Part shown: piece by piece, positions 54,305 through 64,000 of the stretch | How the letters are laid out: every line of letters begins with the position of its first letter | Position numbering within the stretch: position 1 is the first letter of the stretch | Assembly: GCA_951406725.2 (NCBI GenBank) | Contig: OX597814.1 | Location: forward strand, 205,220,001 to 205,284,000 | Direction: 5' to 3' | DNA: 64,000 bases | Source: Octopus vulgaris | Taxonomy: Eukaryota | Notes under the pieces: generated by a model | The model's database searches: none | What the model saw: only the letters and a program-made list of their open reading frames with translations | Told to the model about the DNA's origin: nothing | Position numbers and translations under genes: made by a program

Positions 54305-54845
54305 ATGGTGGCTGTCCCCTCGTTATCGAGTATGGCCATTGCACGAAGCTTAATCAATGTTGTTATCGTGCAATGCCTGTGCAAGAAGACTTTTTCTAAA
54401 GTGAGGAAAGGTCATGCACTAAGTCAATCCCACTCACTAAGCAGCAGCAGCCATAGTCCGAAAAGAAGAACAAGTCAATATCATCGGTAACCACTGAGCT
54501 GCAGGTTTTATGTCGGAGTTATCCCAGTTACCTTTACCTTCTCCTAGAGGGATGCCCTAACAAAGGCTAGGAGTCCTTCACTCCCAATGGTTTAACCGCG
54601 CGATCGGGTATTCAGTTACTTTCGAGTGCTACTGGTAACATGCAACCCAGTACAACCTGTTGCATGGTTGGGTCGTCGGCGACTAAACCGGCAACCCCAC
54701 CAAGCTTGCTTGGTGAGGAGGGTGTTTATTGGACACCCTGCGGGATGAAAAACAAAACCCGTCAAAGGGCGGAGGAACTCTTGAGAGTCAATGGCCATCC
54801 AATAAATGTCTTAAGGATGTATCATACGCGGGGACATAGAAATAA
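54305..54845 (+). mobile_element. GC-rich structured element resembling an RTE-clade 5' UTR, between (CATA)n runs
   Basis: Several hairpins (ctcg-ttat-cgag, attgcac…gtgcaat, cggg-atgaaaaacaaaa-cccg) and a ccttctcctaga motif; CpG retained; family assignment is inferential. Confidence 0.45.
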
Positions 54846-55136
54846 TTGGACATACATACATGCATACATACATGCATACATAAATGCATGCATTCATACA
54901 TGCATTATGAACATTTCCTGTGTTTTATCTTTAATTTTCTCATCATTTTTTAATAAACCACAATAATATAGAATATATATATATAAACCACAATAATATA
55001 GAATATATATATTTTTGTGATAAACATTATCACAAAAAACAAACACTGCTTTTCTTTTTTGCAGAAAGCTTTCTCTATAATTAGAATTGCCATCATGTTT
55101 TATGATGTCCACAAACAAGTCTATAAAGATATTTAC

Positions 55137-55234
55137 CTTCTTCGTTCTGCCTTCCCAGTTATGGCTGTGTCAGCATGGTCATCCATCAGTTCACTCTGGC
55201 AGCATACAGGGATTAGCCTGCAGTTTGTGAGTAA
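55137..55234 (-). CDS. Candidate 98-nt exon; ATG at 55186 gives MDDHADTAITGKAERR, ending in phase 2; product unidentified
   Basis: Minus strand gttggttttgtttgttacag|TTACTC...GAACGAAGAAG|gtaaat. Frame is open through the whole exon, in unique sequence more GC-rich than its flanks. Confidence 0.55.
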
Positions 55235-55679
55235 CTGTAACAAACAAAACCAACATTGAATCAAGAAGCTAACATAACATTTGATGAAAGGAATATCAAA
55301 CTTCTAATTAGAAAAAATTATACGATGTGATAAAAGACTTAATGACTCATGTTATTTAATTATTTAGACAAATATGGGAGACAACTCTGGACCTCTTTTG
55401 GTTGGTCTTATTATGACCTCATTAGTGGAATATAATTTTTCACCAGCTTTAGTTTTTTTATATATTTTTTACTGGTTTCAGTCAATAGACAGGATATATT
55501 GTGTATGTATGAATGAATGTATGTATGTATGTATGTATGTATGTATGTATGTATGTGTGTGTGTATGTATGTATGTATGTATGTATGTATGTATGTATGT
55601 ATGTATGTATGTATGTATGTATGTATGTATGTGTGTGTGTGTGTGTGTATGTGTGTGTATGTATGTATATGTGCAGATT

Positions 55680-56300
55680 TGTATGTTTTGTTTATGTATG
55701 TATTCTCATGCAAAAACTTACATATCTAGACATGCTCATATATATTTAAATGATAAACTTCTGGAAAGTTTCACAGACTTTTACAGTTCCAGTGATGGAT
55801 TTGATCTGAAGTCTTTGAATCAGCTTTCTCCTTTCGGGTTTTGAGAAGCTTAATTTCTCAAGATTGGTACTTAGCCAGCATGTTACATATTCCAGTGCCT
55901 CATTAATTACAGGTGTAAACTTGAACTTGTAATGTGAGTAGAGAAACTGTTTATTTCTCAGTAGTTCAATGTAGGTATTTTCTTTTTCACCGATCTTTTG
56001 GCTGATTTCTATTACTGTACACAGTTTCTCTTCTTTGTCCCAAATCCCTATGTCAAGTTTATTATGTTTAAATTTTATTGAAGTTTTCCCTGGGACATTT
56101 CACCAGTACTCCTTTTCGTTATGAGTGGTTATGGCTTCTACCATACTGTGGGTTCTTATTTCTTTGTCCTTCGGGTTATCATTCTGATGGATTTTATTAT
56201 AAGGTATCCTAGCTACAACATCATGTCTCATTGGTAGGTAATTCCATGATGACAGTTTCAGACAACTACTTACAATGTGGGTGATACCTTCGATGTTAAC
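55680..56300 (-). mobile_element. 3' fragment of an RLE-type non-LTR retrotransposon (R4/NeSL-like)
   Basis: EGITHIVSSC (CCHC remnant), RHDVVA, W*NVP, HNKLDI (PD motif position), VIEIS and C-terminal SITGTVKVCETF; 3' UTR runs into (CATA)n. Confidence 0.75.
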
Positions 56301-56305
56301 TCCAC

Positions 56306-56700
56306 ATCCTTGGATGGAATTTATGAACATTTACTGCACCACTATGCATGTTTCCTCAAATCACAAGTCTCTTAAGATCACAGACCATATTTCTGGGATG
56401 ATCACAGAGTAGTCCATAATATCCGTGGGCACCGGGTTGATCACCATCATCGATTCTTTTCTTCAGGCGATATAACATTAGTGGATGTACAACAGAGGGA
56501 TGTTTATCACTTTTTACCAGTATGAAGGTTAAGTGAGTTATGTGGGTATGAGGATATTCAGCCTGATGCTACAGACTACATGGATACTACAGACTACACT
56601 GTAATCATCCCACGATCATGGACTGTGATCTTAAGAGTCATGTGATTTGTGGAAATGCATGTAGTGATGCATTAAATGTTTATAAATTCCATCCAAGGAT
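56306..56700. repeat. Diverged inverted repeat, ~115-bp arms
   Basis: atccttggatggaatttatgaacattt…ttaagatcacag vs ctgtgatcttaa…aaatgtttataaattccatccaaggat. Confidence 0.85.
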
Positions 56701-56709
56701 TATTGTTAT

Positions 56710-56740
<31 letters not shown>

Positions 56741-56879
56741 TTAGCCAAGACATATATATATTTCTTTACTACCCACAAGGAGCTAAACATAGAGGGGATA
56801 AACAAGGACAGACAATGGGATTAAGTCGATTACATCGACTCCAGTGCGAAACTGGTACTTTATTTATCGACCCCTAGAC

Positions 56880-56986
<107 letters not shown>

Positions 56987-57129
56987 TGTGTGTGTGTGTG
57001 TGTGGTGAGAATTTACAAAAAAAAAAACAAGACAAAGTTTAATGCTCAGGAAGCAAGAAAGTCTTATTTATATTACAATATTATATTAAATACTATGAAT
57101 ATAATATATAACATAACATAATATCATAT

Positions 57130-57378
57130 AAAGACCCCCTTCGGTCATGAATGACCATGGGATTGCACCTAGAAAGTTACCCTCCTAGACACAAGTCCGG
57201 GCAAGGTTGTTTATGGAAGACCAGCAGTCGCCCATGCATGCCAGCCTCCCCTCTCCACGCCACCAGTGTTATCCAAGGGAAAGACAAAGATCGATACAGT
57301 TTGGCACCAGTGACGTCGCAACTCATATCTACAGCTGAGTGAACTGGAGCAACGTGAAATAAAGTGCTTTGCTCAAGA
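57130..57378 (-). mobile_element. SINE fragment with RTE-like tail
   Basis: cttgagcaaagcactttatttcac core on the minus strand and a GC-rich tail with hairpin ggtcat-ga-atgacc. Confidence 0.6.
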
Positions 57379-59789
57379 TCATATAAATAATTATAAAATC
57401 CATAAAAGGCCAACAAATTGTTTCAGCTTATATTTTTTCTGATATACACAATCACAGTTCCAATATATATATATAGTCAATTCAGGGTCTTTGGTTGAGA
57501 AAAGATGAAATTCCGTGTGAAAGGATGGCTGGATTGTAAAAATTAATTCAAATGTCTGTGTTATGAGCATGAGCGTTAACTATTCAATCATTCATCGATT
57601 ACAATTAAAAAACAAAACTTTAACGAACAATACAATCAAGGTAGTGCAATCCACAACCATCGAAATTCACTCCATTATGTCTCAAACACATACCAATTGA
57701 AACCCTTTCATGTCCGAGATAGTCACTTGTCACCACAACATAGAACAACAAAATATATGTGTATATAGATGTATATAATTAAGTATCTAAGTCTTCTCCT
57801 ACGTATAACAGCAACAAAAAATATATAAACAATTACATCTTCAACACAACAGCTCTTTTATCTATTTGAATTAGTTGGTATAAAAAAAAATTAATTATTG
57901 TTTAAATTAACTAATAATAATCTTCTATATTTATTATTTTCTCAGAGGGATAATTCAGAAGTAGATATGAATAGAAACCTGATGAAAATTTCTCTCTTTG
58001 TTTACGTAATCTATTGCAGGAAGAATTCCGTAATTATTGCTAATATGAACTTAAGACTGTATATGTGATAACCAAAATACCCCATATCATCATCATCATT
58101 ATCGTTTAACGTCAGCTTTCCATGGTGGCATGGGTTGGACGATTTGACAGAGGACTGGTGAGCCAGAGGATGCACCAGGCTCAATCTGATCTGGTAAAGT
58201 TTCCACAGCTGGATGCCCTTCCTAACACCAGTATATATATAAAATACAAAAATAGGACAAGAATGCAAAACATACAGACAGACAATGTAAAGAAAACAAG
58301 GACTGGTCATTCAGAGTTTTCTTTCCTCAGTTGAGTTCCAGATTATCTTTGCAATTTCGGCTGGTTATACTCGAGATTGCTCCAATATATATTAGGCTAC
58401 AGCACTGGAAATCAAATTTACTAATTTTTTAGGGGTAACCAGATTTGAAGTTACTTAAATAACGATTGTTATTCGCACACCATGGAAGGGAGAATTTAGT
58501 GAATCATATTATGTTATATATTCATAGTATTTAATGTAATATTGTGATATAAATAAATTATTGGATTGTCAATAGAGTATCTCTATATTTAATTTATGTT
58601 TATAATTGAATTATACCAATATTTATATGGCATCTGACTGACATACCAGTGATTGGATATTTAACACATCCCTTTGAAGGATTTCTTTTCCTCAGTTTGT
58701 TACTTTATATATATATTTATATATGTATACATATAATGTATGTACATACAAACACATGTTCAGGCATACACACACACTCCACCCAGTTAGTAACTTTACC
58801 CATGATATTAGTTGCATAAGAGAAGTGAAACTTAAGGGTTCACTGAAAAAGCTCATCATGATTTTGACCCTCCACCAAAATATCTCTTTTTCTACCTCAA
58901 AACGGGATGCTTTGATCTCAAATAATGGCAAAATAATATCTCTTGAAAAGCGAAAGTTGGGGGTGAGACACTATAAAGTAATACATATCATAAATATTAA
59001 AAGAACAATATTAGCAACAGAACAACAGTTGGAACTTAATCTGAAAATGTTACTGGGAGGCAGCCAAAAAGGAGTGCAGCATTTCTGATAGAAATTTTTG
59101 CTTTATTTATCATCATCATAATTATCATTTATTGTTCACTTTTTCATGCATGAGTCAGATGACATTTGTTGTGAGTGATTTTCTATGGCAGGATGCCCTT
59201 CCTGTCACCAACATTTATCTATTTCCAAGCAGTGGTAATATTTCCCCATGACCAGATGTATTTTTTCATGAAAGACTGGAAATTAACAACATTGCTTGTA
59301 TGACAGTGATGCCATTTACAACCATCTCATGATGTCAAGACAAGGGTGCATACACACGCACACATATACACACAAACAAATTATTCTGTTCTGTGGTATA
59401 TTGATATTTGCTCTTAGGCAACATGGTGCAATGTGATGATTTGAGAGGTTCCCTGGTCAATGTTGCGTTTTACCCTATCTTCTTTACTTTGTTACAATGT
59501 AACAAAACCTCTCAATGAATTTATCCTAGCGTTATTGTATAATCCATTCATTGAGCATTCATTTTCATTGTTCAGCATTTATGTATATATGAGTTAAAAT
59601 AATAAAATAAGAACAGTAATAAATGAATGAAGAAAAAATATATAGTGTATGTGTTTATTTGGCTAAAACAAAAAATGACCACCCTGAAATACAACAATAT
59701 CTGTTCCAACACATGATTTCACATCAGGAATCTTGCAACACGAATTGATAAACGCATGTATGTATGTATGTATGTATATATATATATAC

Positions 59790-59964
59790 TCAAAATAAGC
59801 AACAAGGATATCCAAGGTAGTGTAGTACAATCACTTCATGCTACTTCATTTAATTAAACAATGTAAGTATTACATCAGTTATAATACTTATATTGTTTAA
59901 TTAAATGAAGTAGTATGAATCGATTGTACTACACTACCTTGGATATCCTTGTTGCTTATTTTGA
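59790..59964. repeat. Fold-back palindrome, 83-bp arms with a 9-nt loop
   Basis: 59790-59872 is the near reverse complement of 59882-59964; loop catcagtta; abuts (TA)n. Confidence 0.93.
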
Positions 59965-60526
59965 TTATAATCACCCCATTTGATTTATATGGATAATACC
60001 ATACCAAATTCTGGTGCCTTTAGCTTAAGAACCATATTCATCTGAATCTAAATTTTGCTGAACTTATATATATATATAGAGAGAGAGTCAGGGTACAATA
60101 TGTACCTGTGTGTTTGAAAGAAGAGTTAAAACTCTCCAAAACCATGTATCTCTCACTATATGTAAACTCATAGGGAGAATGTAGCAAATCCATTTAGAAA
60201 AACGGTCATCCCAATTTATAAAAGTACAAAGAGAAGGGTAGATATCCCAGTATCAATTGATTTTGCTGTCTATGCCGAACTGATACTTAAAGCCCATCAG
60301 CTAGGTTTACTATGTAAGCTATTTTTAAAAATATATTTACCTCTGTGTGTGCATCTGTTCAGCTAAAGGCCCTTTGACCTCCAAATGAACATTAGCAAGC
60401 AAGTATAAATCAAAAGCCAAATAAATTTTTCTAAATGTATTTGCTACATTCTCTGTGTGTGTTTACATATAGTGAGTGATGTGTGGTTTTGGAGCATTTT
60501 AACTCTTCTTTCTAGCAAACAGGTGC

Positions 60527-60580
<54 letters not shown>

Positions 60581-60943
60581 TGTAAAAAACATAAATCCGA
60601 AAGAAGAAGCACACTCTAAGATATAGAGCAGTATATATCAAAAATAGGGAAGGCTTTTAGGATACAACAATATACCTTAAAGCTAAACCCTTTATGGACA
60701 GGAAACCTAAGGTAATCCCATAAACCAGCCTGCCTCATTCTTAATATCATCATCATTATTATCATCATCATTTAATGTCTGCTTTCCATGTTGGCTTGGG
60801 TTGGACGGTTTCTATGCTGGCTTGGGTGGACTGTAGCAACATGAAATCAAGTGTTTTTGCTCAAGGACACAATGTGTCACTAAGATTTGAACTCATAACC
60901 TTACAATCGTGAGCCAAATATCCTAACCATTAAGCCACCTGCC

Positions 60944-60981
<38 letters not shown>

Positions 60982-61617
60982 TATATAGTTATATCTTGTC
61001 GCCATTGTTTTAACATCCATTCTTCCATGCTTGCATGGGTCAGTTTATCAAAGCAGATTTTCTATGGCCAGATGTCTTTCCTCTCACCAAACCTACCTGT
61101 TTCCATGCAAGGTAATATTTCCCCGTGGCTAGACATGCTTTTGCAGGTTACTAGAAACGAATAACTCTGCTCATTTGACAAGCATACCTACTTGCATATC
61201 ATACAAGCACTACCATTACTGACTCACCCCTTCTCTTCAAACCTGCTGGCCTTATACCTAAATTAAAGACAGTTATATGCTGATGTACATGATCACAAAT
61301 TTTGATAGTTGAAACATATTTTAAAGATATTCTTAAATCGTACTAATTTGCCCTTGAATTAAAAACAGCAATCCTCATTCTTTTATCATGACGCATCTTA
61401 TTTAATATCTTACATTACCTTTTTATTCCATCTTGTTTTTCTAAAAGCCTGAGGGAGTATGGGTATCAAAAATACCAAAGAAGTAAGTTAGTTCCAGATG
61501 GGAATATATCTAATTGTGTGGTTGGTATGTTGGTTTAGTCCATTAGAGATAGCAGGAAAGTTAGAGAAGGGAAGACACACCATATTGTTCTTTATTTTAC
61601 AAACAAATCTAAAGGCT

Positions 61618-61660
<43 letters not shown>

Positions 61661-62269
61661 GTTTAACGTCCGTTTTCCATGCTAGCATGGGTTGGACGGT
61701 TTGACCGGACTCTGGGAAGCCAGGAAGCTGCACCAGGTTCCACTCTGATCTGGCAATGTTTCTACAGCTGGATGCCCTTCCTAACGCCAACCACTCTGTG
61801 AGAGTAGTGGGTGCTTTTTGCATGCCACCAGCACAGGTGCCAGAGGAGGCTGGCAACAGCCACGATCAGTTGGTGCTTTTTACGTGCCACTGGCATGGAA
61901 GCCAGTCAAGGCGGCGCTGGCATCGGCCATGTTTGGGTAGTGCTTTTTACATGCCACTGGCACAGGTATCACAACTACAATTTCCATCTAAGTTAAAAAT
62001 CAATAAGGAGAAATGCATGAATGTCTCCTAATCCCAGCCCCACTAGTCTAAAAATATATTTAGCCTTAGAGTTGATCTCAGGCTGAACAACAACAACAAC
62101 AACAATACTTTGTCATACTTCAACAAAGACGGAAATATTGTCCTATCTCTCACTTTATTAACCCAAGCTTATGAAGAAGTTTCTTTGATATTACTAAAAA
62201 TAGCAGCTAACTTTCCTTAAAACCACATCCTATCCTGCCCCTGCTCATTCTAATTCATGTTACTGAGAG

Positions 62270-62830
62270 CTGGGGACCATGGGCACATGCACCATCTCTT
62301 GCCATTGATTCCTGCCTCTGTTTATGGTTGTGTATTCAGCTTAAGTTCATGTCCATTCTTTAATGTCATCCACCCAACATCTTTTTGGTCTCTCTCTTTG
62401 TTTCCCATTGATTTTTCTCTTTAGGATGTGGATGCCGAAGTTCTGGGCCCTGCAGCTTCCACTTCCTAAGAGATGTCAAAAATTCACTTTCTATTCCTAT
62501 TTCTTCAAGAATTGACTCATTTGTTCAATGGTTAACCCAGCTGATCCTAAGCACTCTTTAGTAGCACATTGTTCCAAAAGCTTTGAGTTTTGCAGTGTTG
62601 TTTGCTTTTAGGGTCATGCTTACACATTTATAGAGTGCAACAGACCAACATTGTATCTTCAGAAATTTTCAATTTAATGTTCTTGTTAAGAGTTCTGTCT
62701 TTCCAAAATGTATCAAATGATTTTAAGACTGATTTTGCAGCCTCAAATTGTGCTCTTATTTCATAGCCTTCATCTCCCGATTGTTCTATGATAGCATCCA
62801 GATATTTGAACCTGGTGATCTGTCCCAAAG
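62270..62830 (-). mobile_element. Decayed RTE LINE fragment
   Basis: RFKYLDAII…YEIRAQFEAAKSV…WKDRTLNKNIKLKI, with downstream R-RPKRCWVDDIK. Confidence 0.75.
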
Positions 62831-63213
62831 TTACACCTTGGCGTTAGACATTGAGTTGCTCTGGCATTTTTAATCACTGCTATGACACATCCTAGCAACT
62901 TAATAAAGGGACACATTAAATAATCTAATGTTTTTTTTTTATTACCCTGTCTTTTATTCAGGAAGAAAGGGCAATGCTCATAACTTTTTACAGGGATTCT
63001 AAGGCTTTGTAGGGCGGAAGAAAGGAAACCTGGTCCGAGAATATTTGCCACGAAGTGGACTCTTTTGAAGGCACTCAAAAACCAGATGGTGTGAAAATGG
63101 GTGATGGATTAAGTCCATGTATTTTCTGATAAAAACAAACAATTCATGATGTGAATATCTTTGATCATAGTTCTTGATCTGAGTTGACCTGGCATTAAAC
63201 AACTACTACTACA

Positions 63214-63290
<77 letters not shown>

Positions 63291-63321
63291 CACCACCACC
63301 ACCACCACCACCACCACCACC

Positions 63322-63384
<63 letters not shown>

Positions 63385-63485
63385 GCTACTACTACTATTT
63401 GGTAAAGTACAAACCACAAAATTCCTCTGTTAAGACAGGAGAATGAAGTTTTTTAATCATATAACACAACACAATTACGTCTTAC

Positions 63486-63517
63486 TTCAAGTGAATTTGG
63501 TCACACACGGAAAAACT
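63486..63517 (-). other. Candidate 32-nt 5'-UTR exon of an unidentified minus-strand gene
   Basis: Minus strand reads tctcttctgttttttttttag|AGTTTTTCCGTGTGTGACCAAATTCACTTGAA|gtaaga, with a strong acceptor and donor in unique sequence. If joined to 55234 it puts an in-frame TGA upstream of the ATG at 55186. Confidence 0.4.
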
Positions 63518-63850
63518 CTAAAAAAAAAACAGAAGAGATGGTGAAGGATGGGAAGTTAAGCTGCATCAGGGAAAAGGCAGGAAAGAAGAGATCAGAAAGC
63601 TTAAGGTTTGATATGACCAAGAAAGAAGGAAGAAAGAGGTTATTTTGTTGTTGCTATGCACAGATGATGTGTATAGGTCATGGACTTAAGGTTAAACTTC
63701 ATTCTGAAAATAATTCTATGATATTTTCCCAGCCTTTGTTGTTCTTACTATCATTCTAAAGAAATGTAAGCAACACGTGATCTAACAATGGTATTAGCTT
63801 AAATACAACAATAAAACGAACTAACGTAAGAACTTTTGCACAGAATTCTT

Positions 63851-63899
<49 letters not shown>

Positions 63900-64000
63900 A
63901 TATAATGTATTCTTCTCTCAAGTTGTTCTGACACTGTTGCTATAGTTACTGTCTAGAAGGAAATAAAAAGTTTTATAGCCAAGAACCATTCTTTGAAACT

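Noticed and set aside
60700-60720. GAAACCTAAGGTA as a hammerhead 3' half; likewise GAAACGTGGTC at ~47694 and ~3928
   Set aside because: No upstream CTGANGA; better explained as ordinary element hairpins.

Overview
AT-rich, microsatellite- and repeat-dense eukaryotic DNA. The SINE/LINE repertoire suggests a coleoid cephalopod, probably Octopus (inference). Almost all ORFs in the track are microsatellite or SINE artefacts or decayed transposon fragments. The window appears to be the intron-rich 5' region of one minus-strand gene of unidentified product, with candidate exons at 63486-63517 (UTR), 55137-55234 (MDDHADTAITGKAERR, phase 2), 43503-~43654 (TATA-driven, MSEVSLTDRVA, phase 2) and ~21547-22200 (non-coding, CpG-rich). 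The introns contain RTE, CR1-group, Tx1/L1-like and R4/Dong-like LINE fragments, decayed mariner and maT-like transposons, piggyBac-type MITEs, a non-autonomous Helitron and many SINEs. Most notable is a set of minimal type I hammerhead-ribozyme motifs of Penelope-like style. One looks intact (45069-45111), one lies in a tRNA-headed SINE present as a head-to-head pair, and others are degenerate. These co-occur with seven long fold-back palindromes. All calls were made by eye; no alignment, folding or database search was run, and repeat boundaries are approximate unless termini are quoted.
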